Of a DNA stretch of 56,554 bases, positions 27,429 through 38,235 are shown one piece after another. Each line of letters begins with the position of its first letter. The stretch's first letter is position 1. Source of the DNA: Bacteroidota bacterium (GTDB taxonomy: Bacteria; Bacteroidota; Bacteroidia; Palsa-965); the NCBI GenBank assembly GCA_046046005.1, contig JBJOKQ010000002.1, positions 1-56,554 of the forward strand, read 5' to 3'. A program made the translations under genes and the position numbers. Under the pieces are notes generated by a model that was not told the origin of the DNA, did not search any database, and saw nothing but the letters and a program-made list of their open reading frames with translations.

Positions 27429-29252
27429 TTAGCGTATCGTTTCGAAACTTCTGTCAGTGATAAGAAACTCCATCTTCACATCATCCGCAAACACTCTGCC
27501 TTTAGGTGCAACCGCATTCCAGATTATAAACCTGATCTCATCTACTGTGCGGCTATTTATCAATGCAGTGTCCGCAATCTCATATCCAAACTCTTTGTAA
27601 TCCCACTTCCCCAAATTAATGTAATCCTTGTTCAGATAAAAATCTGCCGTGACAATAGTTGAATCTCTCTTGCGAAATTCCAGATACATACTCACAAGAT
27701 CCACGCTATCTGCTACAAGTGTTTGAAAAGATAAGCGGATTTTTTTCCAACCGTTCCGTTCAAACAATTGCGGATACTTTCTGCTGATGATAACGCAACT
27801 CGACCAATCACGATCCAGCATAAGGCATCTCTTCCCTGAGAATGATGTGGAGTCTGTCCATTGGCATGGACCCGGATCTTTATCGAAGTTTTCAAAATGT
27901 TCTTCAATCGCAAGTATAGTTGCCGGTGGAATCGGATAAATATTCGCCGGATCAGTTCGGAAGTAATTTCTCCAGAACAAATCATCGTAAGTGGAATATT
28001 CACTCAGTATTCCCTTATTCATCTGATAATTTTTCAGTTGATAATGTGCTACACTGAAAAATAACAGCGCACCAACTACCCATTTCATTCTTGAAATGTT
28101 CACTTTACTCAGCATCAATGCAAGCACGATTGCCGGCAAAGTATAGAAATCGATCAATGCTCTTCTGGTTATCGGCCAGAACCACCATGAAGCATATATA
28201 AACACAATCGCAAAGAACAGAACAGGAACTGCAAACTGCTTGGCATTGCGCATGAAGAATATTCCGGCACAACTGATCAGCACCAATGGAGAATACAAAA
28301 ACAATCCATTGTGATAACTGAACAATGCGTCCGTGAATTTGGAGTGTGTAAAATCAAATGTTTCATTCGTATATGTGTAGGCAAAGAGCGAACCTGTTTG
28401 AACACTCACTATGTAAAAGTGCCACATCAAAATTGAAATGGAAAATACAATCGGTACAATAATCTTTCTATCGAAACCGGAAAACCATTTCTGTGTGAGG
28501 AAAAATCCGGAAGGGATGAACGCAATTGCAGCTGGAAGAATCAATCCGTTCAACGGACGAATAGAGATCGTCAGCAATAGTGCACTTGCAGCAAGTACGA
28601 AATACAATGTTCGCTTCTCCGCACTCCGGAAATAACTATGTGCGAAATACAAAAACATTGTATTCACCGAAAAGGAGTAAACGTGAGATGCAGTATTGTT
28701 GAAAATACCGAAATGATAGAGATTCGTACCGAAGAAATACAACAACGGAATCGCAATTGCAATGTTCTCATTTCCCGTTAACGCGAAAATGAGCTTTCGC
28801 AGATAAATCAATCCGGCTATCAGCCAGAAGAGCGAAGCAATTCCAATTGCCCATTGATAAGGTGCTGAATATCCGTCTGCATCATAATCTGTTAACGCAG
28901 CGTATACATGGGCTCCGAAAAAAAATGGCATACACGCAAACGACAATCCGGGATAATACTTGTTGATCTTACGATCACCGTATTGTACCAACAAATTATC
29001 TTCCGGATTTTCAAAGGCGCTGTAAGCATAGTTTTTATTGTGTGCTTCATTGAACCACTTGTACTCGAGTTCGGAATCACCGTAAATAAAAACAGCAGGA
29101 AGGTGCGAATAGTACCCGAGTCCATCGCCGGCAATAAATGGTTGCCAAGGTGAATTCCAGGGGCGCTGATAAACAAACCACAAGGCGATCAGCGCCAATG
29201 CGGTTGTAAAAAATAACTTATGACTTTTCCTGACAATCGGAATCACGATCAA
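27429..29252 (-). CDS. Polytopic membrane protein, possibly an ArnT/PMT-like (GT-C fold) glycosyltransferase
   Basis: There are roughly 12 hydrophobic segments in the first 400 aa and a soluble C-terminal domain. The early loop reads FIAGDGLGYYSHLPAVFIYGD. The start is uncertain (TTG 29252 or GTG 29246, no early ATG). The function is a guess from architecture. Confidence 0.6.
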   Translation of the reverse strand: MIVIPIVRKSHKLFFTTALALIALWFVYQRPWNSPWQPFIAGDGLGYYSHLPAVFIYGDSELEYKWFNEAHNKNYAYSAFENPEDNLLVQYGDRKINKYYPGLSFACMPFFFGAHVYAALTDYDADGYSAPYQWAIGIASLFWLIAGLIYLRKLIFALTGNENIAIAIPLLYFFGTNLYHFGIFNNTASHVYSFSVNTMFLYFAHSYFRSAEKRTLYFVLAASALLLTISIRPLNGLILPAAIAFIPSGFFLTQKWFSGFDRKIIVPIVFSISILMWHFYIVSVQTGSLFAYTYTNETFDFTHSKFTDALFSYHNGLFLYSPLVLISCAGIFFMRNAKQFAVPVLFFAIVFIYASWWFWPITRRALIDFYTLPAIVLALMLSKVNISRMKWVVGALLFFSVAHYQLKNYQMNKGILSEYSTYDDLFWRNYFRTDPANIYPIPPATILAIEEHFENFDKDPGPCQWTDSTSFSGKRCLMLDRDWSSCVIISRKYPQLFERNGWKKIRLSFQTLVADSVDLVSMYLEFRKRDSTIVTADFYLNKDYINLGKWDYKEFGYEIADTALINSRTVDEIRFIIWNAVAPKGRVFADDVKMEFLITDRSFETIR

Positions 29253-29281
29253 ATGTAATCAACTTGACAGATTACACGCGA

Positions 29282-30247
29282 TTAATAAACTACAATACGT
29301 TGCACGGAACGCTGTGTCCCGCCAACCGTTTCAACAAAATATACTCCGCGGCTCCACCCGTTCGTGCTTACAGTCAATTCCGGTTCGGATGTTTCGTCTT
29401 TCCTGTAACACAAGCGTCCTTCAGCAGAATAGATCTGTAAACTGCCGGGTGTTTGTCCGCGTACCAGAATCCGCTGATAATCGGATTCATAAAGTACAGT
29501 GAAAATACCCGATTGCACATCCGCAACATTCGTCGTCAAACAACTGTCCGGATAAACAGTAACGAGAGAGTTGAATGTTTGATTGAACGTAAGATCGGTT
29601 ACAGTTACAGTATACGTTGTAACCATCGAAGGTGCAGCTGATGTTGTGTCGTTAAAGGCGTCACTAAGTCCGGCAACAGGCAACCAACTTACCGAATAAT
29701 TCCCGCTGCAACCATTATGCGTAACATGCAGCTGCGCTGAATCGCCGGGGCAAATAACGGTATCAGAAGCAAAAATACTTCCGCTCAACAGCACAGGAGT
29801 TCCGGGTATTGTAACCGAAAATGGTGTTGACCATGGTCCGGGACTCGCGCTCGCTTCAACATACTCACGCATTCGTAAATATACTGTCGAGCCCGGGCAT
29901 AAATAAATGAAGTCAATCCAGATCGTTTCATATGGCTCAAGCACCGCACCATCATTCCATTGCGGCGGACCGTAATTCGGGATGTTCAGCAAAGAGTGAT
30001 AGAACGGAAATGTTTGCCATGCCGGATTAGAAAATCCCTGTGGCGGAGTACCTGTAAAGGTTCCGGTATAGCTGAGTTCCACTTGCATTGTATACGGTCC
30101 GCACATCCATGCGGCCGGATCAGAACTTGCGTTAATCAGCAATGAAGTGGAATTCATTGTCACTGATGGAGAAACCAATGCCATGCCGTGGCAGGCGTAA
30201 ATTGACTTTGAAAGTCCGAGAAGAACAATCAATAACAGAATTCGCAT
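29282..30247 (-). CDS. Hypothetical T9SS-secreted protein
   Basis: The signal peptide is MRILLLIVLLGLSKSIYA. The C-terminal segment (LQIYSAEGRLCYRKDE...GVYFVETVGGTQRSVQRIVVY) is CTD-like. Confidence 0.7.
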   Translation of the reverse strand: MRILLLIVLLGLSKSIYACHGMALVSPSVTMNSTSLLINASSDPAAWMCGPYTMQVELSYTGTFTGTPPQGFSNPAWQTFPFYHSLLNIPNYGPPQWNDGAVLEPYETIWIDFIYLCPGSTVYLRMREYVEASASPGPWSTPFSVTIPGTPVLLSGSIFASDTVICPGDSAQLHVTHNGCSGNYSVSWLPVAGLSDAFNDTTSAAPSMVTTYTVTVTDLTFNQTFNSLVTVYPDSCLTTNVADVQSGIFTVLYESDYQRILVRGQTPGSLQIYSAEGRLCYRKDETSEPELTVSTNGWSRGVYFVETVGGTQRSVQRIVVY

Positions 30248-30287
30248 TGGGAAAGTTAAGAAACGTAATGAAGCGATGCAACTGAAA

Positions 30288-30698
30288 CTACTGCGGCATC
30301 AGTAATTCCCATAAAACATGATGTTCCTGAACAAAATCCGCAGCACTCAATTCACTCCGCTTAAACCATTTCAACTCTGCAATATCATCCGACGCAACAG
30401 GTTCTCCGCTCCACTCCGTTGCTTCAAACAAATGTGTAATGATGCAATCAGGAGTGTCTCTGTATCGCGGATCGTCAATGCGCGTGGAGCCGAGATACTT
30501 TACGGTTTGTACTTCAATTCCCGTTTCTTCTTTCGCTTCACGTTTTGCTGCATCTTCATACGAATTATCGAATGCAGGATCTGCAAATCCTCCAACGAAA
30601 CGAAATTTGCTTTGATGCGCCTTGCGACCCAATAATAGCTGATCTCCTTTGCGGATCACAACATCAACAGTTGCAAATACAGTTGGATAACGTTTCAT
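30288..30698 (-). CDS. NUDIX hydrolase
   Basis: The Nudix box is GGFADPAFDNSYEDAAKREAKEETGIEV (GX5EX7REUXEEXGU). Confidence 0.85.
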   Translation of the reverse strand: MKRYPTVFATVDVVIRKGDQLLLGRKAHQSKFRFVGGFADPAFDNSYEDAAKREAKEETGIEVQTVKYLGSTRIDDPRYRDTPDCIITHLFEATEWSGEPVASDDIAELKWFKRSELSAADFVQEHHVLWELLMPQ

Positions 30699-30709
30699 AT
30701 CCCCGACGT

Positions 30710-32398
30710 TTACTTTTTCACAACTCTGGAAACGTACACATTTTCTTTCGTGATATAACGAATGAAATATACACCCTCGTCCTCAGGCAATCGAACCTGA
30801 AGAGTGATTGTGTTCGCAACAGCAAATGTACTCACCACTTCTCCAAGTGCATTCAATACTTCCACGCGTCCTTCACGTGAATAATCGTACGTTGCAAGAT
30901 TCACTGTCACATCTTCACTCGCCGGATTCGGATACACTTCCAATTCACTTCCTGACTTGCTGTACTCATCAACAGAAGAAGGAGGCTGCACAAAAGGATT
31001 GCACAGCGTATCAGGAATGATCGGTGATTGTAGAATCGGCATGTAATAAACTACAGATTGATTCGCGAAATCAAAGTAGTCGTAAATCTTTGTGTCAACA
31101 ACAGCAGTACTTGACGTGCCCCAATAATTGTTGGATAGAAAGAGATTCGGTGATCCGTAAGGAATGTCGTTGTAAAATTCGTACTGACACAAAGGATTGA
31201 TGAATGAGTTGTTCTTTAAATAAAGAAAGTCATACGTTGGATCATTATTCTGCTGCCCCCAGAAACGCATGAAACTGTTTCCGTCATTCTCTGTGAATAC
31301 ATTGTCGTAAATCTGAACACATCGAGTTGTGTTGCTGTATAGATCAGCGTAAAAGTAGCTGCACGTATTTCCCGGTGAAGAATTATGCGTTACAAGATTC
31401 TTTGAGATGAACAATGTATCTCCTGCTCCGGTATAATAGCCGGCACCAATAGAAAAAACCGAAGGACCCGATTGGTTAACATTGTACTCAATGAGGTTAT
31501 TGTCAATGATTCCTCCGCAATGCGGATAAGCCATATCGCCCCATTCGATTGCGGGTCCGCCGGTGTTGTATCGAAAACGATTGCATCTGATCGTATCTCT
31601 TTGCCCTTGCAACGATACTACTGCAGGCCCGTTGTTGTAAATAAAAACACTGTTCTGAATTGTGACTTGTTGCAATCCATTGTTCTGCCAACTGATCGCT
31701 CCGTAATTCTGTCTGAAAAACGAGTTAGTTATACGTGATTGTGTCCCGTCAGGTGTGTGTATAAAATGCAATGCTCCTTCTCCGCAAGAATAGAACGTGT
31801 CGCTACGCATGAGAAAATGCCCTCCCTGATAATAAATGCCGCGCTTTGCGCAATCTTTAATTGAAGACGAATCAATCGTCAGATGTTCGCCGTTGAAATT
31901 AATTCCGTTCCATGAACCATTGTGAATTCTGCAATGATTGAAATACGGTGAACATTGCTGTACATCCACCGAACCCCACATGAGCGATCCGGCATAAAGC
32001 ACATCACAATACTTCATTATTGTTCCGGAAACATAGTTACCCGATGCATCGTAAGTTGCATCAACACTGAAATCAGAGAAATGAAGTTTTGCCCAATCAC
32101 CGGGCTGTGGTGATGTCTGATTGGATGTAAATACAATACGCTGCGTTGGTGTTCCGATTGCGATAAGTTGTCCGTCGATCTGCAAAGCGTTGTTGGAGTT
32201 GAACTTCACAACAACGCCCGGATCAATTGTGAGCGTAAATCCCTGCGAGAGCAGGGCGTTGCCCACAACAATATATGGAGATCCGGCAAGCGTCCACGTA
32301 GTGTTCGCATTAATAAAACCGGAAACGTTCGTTTGTGCATTAAGATTCGCAAGTCCGAAAAACGCTACGAAGAATAATATTACCAACTGTCGTTTCAT
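30710..32398 (-). CDS. Right-handed parallel beta-helix repeat protein with a T9SS CTD
   Basis: The ORF is trimmed to ATG 32398 (MKRQLVILFFVAFFGLANLNAQ), which removes the overlap with metH. Repetitive N/G/I-rich beta-helix rungs are present. The C-terminal LEVYPNPASEDVTVNL is a T9SS CTD. Confidence 0.8.
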   Translation of the reverse strand: MKRQLVILFFVAFFGLANLNAQTNVSGFINANTTWTLAGSPYIVVGNALLSQGFTLTIDPGVVVKFNSNNALQIDGQLIAIGTPTQRIVFTSNQTSPQPGDWAKLHFSDFSVDATYDASGNYVSGTIMKYCDVLYAGSLMWGSVDVQQCSPYFNHCRIHNGSWNGINFNGEHLTIDSSSIKDCAKRGIYYQGGHFLMRSDTFYSCGEGALHFIHTPDGTQSRITNSFFRQNYGAISWQNNGLQQVTIQNSVFIYNNGPAVVSLQGQRDTIRCNRFRYNTGGPAIEWGDMAYPHCGGIIDNNLIEYNVNQSGPSVFSIGAGYYTGAGDTLFISKNLVTHNSSPGNTCSYFYADLYSNTTRCVQIYDNVFTENDGNSFMRFWGQQNNDPTYDFLYLKNNSFINPLCQYEFYNDIPYGSPNLFLSNNYWGTSSTAVVDTKIYDYFDFANQSVVYYMPILQSPIIPDTLCNPFVQPPSSVDEYSKSGSELEVYPNPASEDVTVNLATYDYSREGRVEVLNALGEVVSTFAVANTITLQVRLPEDEGVYFIRYITKENVYVSRVVKK

Positions 32399-32436
32399 TC
32401 GCGTGCAATTGAATCTACAAGGTACAAGAATTAGCC

Positions 32437-35400
32437 TCAATAACCCAACACCGGCCCGAGCCACTTCTCCGCTTCCTCAAAACTCATTCCCTTACGGCGC
32501 GCGTAGTCTTCAACCTGATCTTTCGAAATTTTACCGGTACCGAAATAATGTGAATTTCTGTTCGCGAAATACAATCCGCTTACAGCTGCGGTAGGAACCA
32601 TTGCTTTGCTTTCTGTCAGATGCAACCCGATTTGCTTCTCAGCATCAAGCAATTTAAATAATGTGTCTTTCTCTGTATGATCCGGCTGCGCTGGATAACC
32701 CGGCGCCGGACGGATGCCATCGTAAGTTTCCTTAATCAACTCCTCATTCGATAGATTCTCATCTTTCGCGTATCCCCAAAATTCCTTTCGCACCCGTTTG
32801 TGCATCAACTCTGCAAACGCTTCCGCCAAACGATCTGCCAACGCTTTCAGCATAATGCCGCTGTAATCGTCGTGATCTCTTTCAAATTGCGCAACACGTT
32901 CATCAATGCCATATCCTGTACACACTGCAAATGCTCCAATGTGATCGGCATGTCCTTTGGTTGCAAGGAAATCCGAAATTGAGATGTTGTAATGTCCTTT
33001 CGGTTTCTCCGTTTGCTGACGCAAGCCCTGCAACTTTGCAGTCACCATCTTACGACCGTCATCCGAATATAATTCCATCTCATCGTCGTTCACGGTATTC
33101 GCGGGCCAGAATCCGATCACCGCTTTCGCCTGCAACCATTTCTCCTGCACAATCTTTTTCAGCATAGCCTGCGCATCTGCGAAAAGTCTCTTCGCCTCAG
33201 TACCACGCTCTGCATCTTCAAGTATACGTGGATAACTTCCCTTCAACTCCCAACTGTGGAAGAACGGAGTCCAGTCAATGAACGGAACAATTTCCTCCAG
33301 CGGATAATTCTCAAACACTTTCGTTCCGGTGAATGCAGGTGCAGTAAATTGCTCCGCACTCCAATCAATCGGGAACTTATTCTTCCGCGCATCTGCGAGT
33401 GAAATAAATTTATTCTGTCCCTGTGCACGCGCATTTTGTTCGCGTACACGTTCGTACTCTTTGTTGATTTCATTCATCAACGCGGCGCGCCCTTCCGCTG
33501 AAATAAGGCTCTGCACAACCGGAACGCTGCGTGATGCATCGTTAACGTGCACAACAGGATTGTTGTAATGCGGCGCAATCTTCACGGCGGTGTGTACTTT
33601 GGATGTGGTTGCACCGCCAATCAGTAACGGAACTTTCATTCCCGTTCTCTGCATTTCCTTAGCTACATGCACCATTTCATCCAACGAAGGAGTGATCAAG
33701 CCACTCAGACCGATAATATCTGCATTCTCCTTCTTTGCTGCTTCCAGAATTTTATCCGCCGGAACCATCACTCCTAAATCCACAATCTCAAAATTGTTGC
33801 AGGCCAAAACAACACCGACAATATTTTTTCCGATATCATGCACATCACCTTTCACTGTGGCAAGCACAATTTTACCTGCCGACTTTCCTTCTCCCGCAAC
33901 TTTCTCTGCTTCAAGATAAGGCGTGAGATATGCAACGGCTTTCTTCATTACGCGTGCGCTCTTTACAACCTGCGGTAAAAACATTTTTCCTGCGCCGAAT
34001 AAATCACCCACAACGTTCATTCCATCCATTAACGGACCTTCTATCACGTGCAGGGATTTCGGGAACTGTTGACGCGCCTCTTCTGTATCTGTCTCGATAT
34101 AATCTGTGATTCCTTTCACCAACGCATGTGTCAATCGCTCCTGAACTGTTCCTTTACGCCACTCTTCATCCTTCTCTGCTTTTTTCGTTGTTCCGTCGCC
34201 TTTGATCTTCTCTGCATAAGTGATCAATCGCTCTGTTGCATCATCTCTGCGATCCAACAAAACATCTTCCACCAGATCAAGCAATTCTTTCGGAATGTCA
34301 TCGTACACCTGAAGTTGTCCCGGATTTACAATTCCCATGTCCATTCCGTTGCGTATCGCATGAAACAGAAATGCGGAGTGAATTGCTTCACGCACCGTAT
34401 CATTTCCGCGGAATGAAAATGAAACATTACTTACTCCGCCGCTTACTTTGGCGTATGGAAGATTTTCCTTGATCCATTTTGTTGCATTGAAAAAGTCAAG
34501 AGCATTCTTTCTGTGCTCTTCCATTCCGGTTGCAACAGGGAATATATTCGGATCGAAGATGATGTCTTCCGGCGGAAACTTCACCTTGGTCACAAGAATA
34601 TCGTAAGCGCGCTTACAAATTTCTATTCTGCGTTCATATGTATCCGCCTGACCGTTTTCATCAAAAGCCATTACAATGACAGCTGCGCCGTATTTCAAAA
34701 CGGTTTTCGCTTGACGAACAAATGCTTCTTCCCCTTCTTTCAGTGAAATGGAATTTACGATGGCTTTCCCCTGAACACATTTCAATCCGGCTTCGATCAC
34801 ATGAAACTTTGATGAATCCAGCATGATCGGTACACGCGCGATATCCGGTTCAGCTGCGACAAGATTCAGAAAGCGAACCATCGCTGCTTCCGAGTCGAGC
34901 ATGCCTTCGTCCATGTTGATGTCAATCACCTGCGCACCGCCTTCTACCTGATCGCGTGCAATAGCAAGTGCTTCATCATATTTCTTATCGATGATGAGTT
35001 TTGCAAACTTGCGCGAACCTGTAACGTTGGTTCTTTCGCCAACATTCATGAAGTTGGAATCCGGACGCAGTGTTACAGGCTCCAGTCCGCTCAGCTTCAT
35101 CACGTGATCGCGATACGGCACCGGACGCGGGTTGGTTCCGTTGGCAACTTCTGCAATACGCTTGATGTGCGAAGGCGTTGTTCCGCAACATCCGCCCACA
35201 ATATTGATAAATCCGCTGCTTAGGAAATCGCGGATCTTCTCTCCCATTTGCTCAGGAGTTTCATCATACTCTCCGAACTGATTCGGCAAGCCTGCATTCG
35301 GATAACAGCTCACATAAAACGGAGCCTTAGTAGCAAGCTCCTCAAGGAATGGTCGCATTTGCTCCGCACCCAAAGCGCAATTCAATCCCACGCTGAGCAA

Positions 35401-36105
35401 ATCAACATGAGAAACGGAATTCAAAAATGCTTCTGTTGTTTGTCCGGACAAAGTTCTTCCGCTCGCATCGGTAATAGTTCCCGAAACCATTACCGGCAAA
35501 CGTTTTCCGGTTTGTTCTTCCAGTGTTTGTACTGCGAACAACGCCGCTTTTGCGTTGAGTGTGTCGAAAATTGTTTCAATCAAAAACAGATCAACGCCAC
35601 CATCAACAAGACCTCTGCATTGTTCCAGATAAGCGTCAACGAGTTCATCAAACGTAACACCTCGAAATCCGGGATCGTTTACATCAGGAGACAAAGACGC
35701 CGTTCTGTTCGTTGGCCCTACAGCTCCGGCAACATAACGCGGCTTAGCAGGATTCTTTGCGTTGAATTCATCCGCTGCTTTCCTTGCGATCTTCGCTGCT
35801 TCGAGATTCATCTCATAGGCAAGCGACTGCATCTGATAATCGGCAAGTGAAATTTTCTGTGCATTGAACGTGTTCGTTTCAATGATATCGGCACCCGCTT
35901 CGAGATATGCTTTATGAATTTCATAAATGATTTGCGGTTGTGTAAGTACCAACAAATCGTTGTTGCCTTTCAGATCGTGCTTCCAGTCTTTGAATCGTTC
36001 GCCGCGGTAATCCTTTTCTTCCAGCTTGTAACGCTGAATCATGGTTCCCATTGCGCCGTCAATAATGAGCACGCGCTTCTCCAGTTCTTTTCTGATGTCT
36101 GCCAT
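32437..36105 (-). CDS. metH: Cobalamin-dependent methionine synthase
   Basis: The ORF is trimmed to ATG 36105 ([24 protein letters not shown]), giving about 1222 aa. It has the Hcy-binding, pterin-binding, B12-binding ([15 protein letters not shown]) and AdoMet activation domains in canonical order. Confidence 0.95.
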   Translation of the reverse strand: MADIRKELEKRVLIIDGAMGTMIQRYKLEEKDYRGERFKDWKHDLKGNNDLLVLTQPQIIYEIHKAYLEAGADIIETNTFNAQKISLADYQMQSLAYEMNLEAAKIARKAADEFNAKNPAKPRYVAGAVGPTNRTASLSPDVNDPGFRGVTFDELVDAYLEQCRGLVDGGVDLFLIETIFDTLNAKAALFAVQTLEEQTGKRLPVMVSGTITDASGRTLSGQTTEAFLNSVSHVDLLSVGLNCALGAEQMRPFLEELATKAPFYVSCYPNAGLPNQFGEYDETPEQMGEKIRDFLSSGFINIVGGCCGTTPSHIKRIAEVANGTNPRPVPYRDHVMKLSGLEPVTLRPDSNFMNVGERTNVTGSRKFAKLIIDKKYDEALAIARDQVEGGAQVIDINMDEGMLDSEAAMVRFLNLVAAEPDIARVPIMLDSSKFHVIEAGLKCVQGKAIVNSISLKEGEEAFVRQAKTVLKYGAAVIVMAFDENGQADTYERRIEICKRAYDILVTKVKFPPEDIIFDPNIFPVATGMEEHRKNALDFFNATKWIKENLPYAKVSGGVSNVSFSFRGNDTVREAIHSAFLFHAIRNGMDMGIVNPGQLQVYDDIPKELLDLVEDVLLDRRDDATERLITYAEKIKGDGTTKKAEKDEEWRKGTVQERLTHALVKGITDYIETDTEEARQQFPKSLHVIEGPLMDGMNVVGDLFGAGKMFLPQVVKSARVMKKAVAYLTPYLEAEKVAGEGKSAGKIVLATVKGDVHDIGKNIVGVVLACNNFEIVDLGVMVPADKILEAAKKENADIIGLSGLITPSLDEMVHVAKEMQRTGMKVPLLIGGATTSKVHTAVKIAPHYNNPVVHVNDASRSVPVVQSLISAEGRAALMNEINKEYERVREQNARAQGQNKFISLADARKNKFPIDWSAEQFTAPAFTGTKVFENYPLEEIVPFIDWTPFFHSWELKGSYPRILEDAERGTEAKRLFADAQAMLKKIVQEKWLQAKAVIGFWPANTVNDDEMELYSDDGRKMVTAKLQGLRQQTEKPKGHYNISISDFLATKGHADHIGAFAVCTGYGIDERVAQFERDHDDYSGIMLKALADRLAEAFAELMHKRVRKEFWGYAKDENLSNEELIKETYDGIRPAPGYPAQPDHTEKDTLFKLLDAEKQIGLHLTESKAMVPTAAVSGLYFANRNSHYFGTGKISKDQVEDYARRKGMSFEEAEKWLGPVLGY

Positions 36106-36191
36106 AAGTGTCGTTGTTCCAACAGATGCAAAAAAGAAAATCCCCACGGAATAAATCAGAAGGGATTTGAAATTGCTTTGGGAAATCTTCT

Positions 36192-36337
36192 GACTTATCT
36201 GATCCGGAATAAAATCCGGCAGGAATTGGCACCTTCTTTTTCACTGATCACCAATCACTGTTTAAGGATCACTGATTACTGAAAAAGGGTTGCCAAGGCA
36301 TCATCGGGCACAGTCCCTCCGCCTTTCTGGATAAGCA
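36192..36337 (-). promoter_or_regulatory. SAM-I (S-box) riboswitch in the metH leader
   Basis: The minus-strand RNA reads GCUUAUCCAGAAAGGCGGAGGGACUGUGCCCGAUGAUGCCUUGGCAACC...GGUGCCAAUUCCUGCCGG-loop-CCGGAUCAGAUAAGU. It matches the remembered SAM-I consensus block for block: UUAUC.AGA.GG.GGAGGGA..GGCCCGAUGA..CC.GGCAACC...GGUGC.AA.UCC...AGAUAAG. P1 is CUUAUC/GAUAAG. A candidate terminator hairpin UCAGAAGAUUU...AAAUCCCUUCUGA (36156-36193) follows. Confidence 0.9.
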
Positions 36338-36385
36338 TCTGTTAAAGAACTGAGGCAAAGGTAATAAATGAACCTGTACTTTTAA

Positions 36386-37960
36386 CTAGCGGTTAAGTAT
36401 CAAAGTTTCCTGCATTATGTTAGTGTCGTTCAACTCAACCACGATCAGATAAAGGCCCGCGCTCAGATTCTCAACACTGATTTGCTGCTGTCCGGCTTCC
36501 AATTCGCTCTCCAATAAGAGTCGCCCTGCCATATCATAGATGCAGAGTTTCCGCGGCTGTTCAAGGGAGTAACTCGAAACATTGATTACTTCACTTGCCG
36601 GATTCGGATAGATGGCTATACCTGATTCCTGCTCTGTAGATTCCACACCCGACGGTTTGAATTGACAAGGATGATATTCCGGAAACATCACCGGCGAAAG
36701 TTGCGTATTAATCGGCAAGCTGGATGGCACACTGGTTATACTCAAAGTTGCCAAAACCATGGGTGAAAGCACAGCAGCCGTGAGGGTAACAGCACTGTCG
36801 CATAATGCTCGTCCGTTATTATCCGCTTTCGTAATTACAAATGCCCAATCGTAAAGCACACTCGAGTTCTCATGTAGCCCGGGAAAAACGTAACCGCTAT
36901 CACTGCAATACTCCAAAGCCGGACGGATCGCAAGATTCAACTCCGGATACACGTAATACCAAACCGGATTACCGCTGAAATCAATATGAGCCAGTCCCTG
37001 TTGTCCTGCAATAACATTGTGTCCGGCCATTGTGTAACCAACCGAATCGCGAACTACCGATGTACCCTGGAAATTGCTGCCGTAGCCATATCCACTGGCC
37101 CATAAAGGTGCGCCGGCCGTATCAATTCGGTATAATGCTGTTCCCCCATTCCAATAATCCGTACCAATGATCATCAGCTCATTCCCCGGATCCGAATTCA
37201 CATCGAAAAAACAAACGTTGCCCCCTGTTTTGCGACACCACACAACTCCTCCGCTTGCATCCGTCTTCATCACTATTCCACAATAGGGAGCGATTCCTGC
37301 TGCAACAAATTCACCGGAGTTCAGCTCCACTACAGAATGGAATTCAACCTGCCCGCCGGGATCCCCGTATGATTTTGCCCAAATGATATTACCGATACTG
37401 TCGGTGCGCAGTAAATAGCCTTCAACACTCCCTGGCGCCATCGTATCTGCTGTAATTCCTGAAACAATTAAACCATGGTCTGCAGTTTCAGCTACACAAT
37501 TTGGTCTGCTGCCACCTCGTCCTGAATATAACTTTGACCAGAGTAAATTTCCATTCACATCTGTTTTAATAAGGTACGTGCATTCACGCATTGGTGTATT
37601 CGTTGCGTTCTGAAAAAAGTATGCTATCGCAACAACATAGCCGCTATCCGAAGTTTGAATAACCGATGCACTGCTTCCGACCTTGATAGTAAAGTTGGCA
37701 CAAGGGAACATTCTCACCCATTGCACAACTCCGCCGGGACCCATTTTCACCAAACAGCCTCGTACAACTGCAGGATTACCGGTGTCGAGCGCAAGCGGAC
37801 GCATCGACGTGAAGATGTAACCTCCATCGTGTGTCTGCTTAAGATTATTTTCAGCGTGTATCGAACAGAAATCATTAAAGCCAACGACAAATTGTGTCGG
37901 CTGCGCTCTAAGCATTGTAATGCTTAACAGAATCAAAAACAGAGTAACGGTTTTCTTCAT
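36386..37960 (-). CDS. Hypothetical T9SS-secreted protein (repetitive, propeller-like)
   Basis: The signal peptide is MKKTVTLFLILLSITMLRAQ. It has repeated D(S/G)GY-containing blades. The C-terminal IAIYPNPASEVINVS...GLYLIVVEL is a T9SS CTD. Confidence 0.75.
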   Translation of the reverse strand: MKKTVTLFLILLSITMLRAQPTQFVVGFNDFCSIHAENNLKQTHDGGYIFTSMRPLALDTGNPAVVRGCLVKMGPGGVVQWVRMFPCANFTIKVGSSASVIQTSDSGYVVAIAYFFQNATNTPMRECTYLIKTDVNGNLLWSKLYSGRGGSRPNCVAETADHGLIVSGITADTMAPGSVEGYLLRTDSIGNIIWAKSYGDPGGQVEFHSVVELNSGEFVAAGIAPYCGIVMKTDASGGVVWCRKTGGNVCFFDVNSDPGNELMIIGTDYWNGGTALYRIDTAGAPLWASGYGYGSNFQGTSVVRDSVGYTMAGHNVIAGQQGLAHIDFSGNPVWYYVYPELNLAIRPALEYCSDSGYVFPGLHENSSVLYDWAFVITKADNNGRALCDSAVTLTAAVLSPMVLATLSITSVPSSLPINTQLSPVMFPEYHPCQFKPSGVESTEQESGIAIYPNPASEVINVSSYSLEQPRKLCIYDMAGRLLLESELEAGQQQISVENLSAGLYLIVVELNDTNIMQETLILNR

Positions 37961-38235
37961 TATCCAAATAGTGGTTTACTGAGCAAGATACTGCGAAGTG
38001 TTGATGTGATGTTTGTTAAACTCCACTTTTCTTACACGATCAAGGGGTATATTATCGCGAGTACAATAAATAAGATTATCCGTCGTTTTCATTGGTCGTT
38101 CAGAATAATATAGGATAAAATATATTCATCTCTCGTTGTAACTTTCCTTTCCGCGCCGACTTATATCTCATGCGGAATCTTCCTGACCTGTTTCTCTCCG
38201 CGCTTCATTTCATTATTCACCAAACAGCACAGCGC

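Noticed and set aside
32121-32594. 157-aa plus-strand ORF spanning the beta-helix/metH junction
   Set aside because: It is antisense to two well-supported minus-strand genes and has no recognisable features.
35248-35850. 200-aa plus-strand ORF
   Set aside because: It is antisense inside metH, whose frame is unambiguous.
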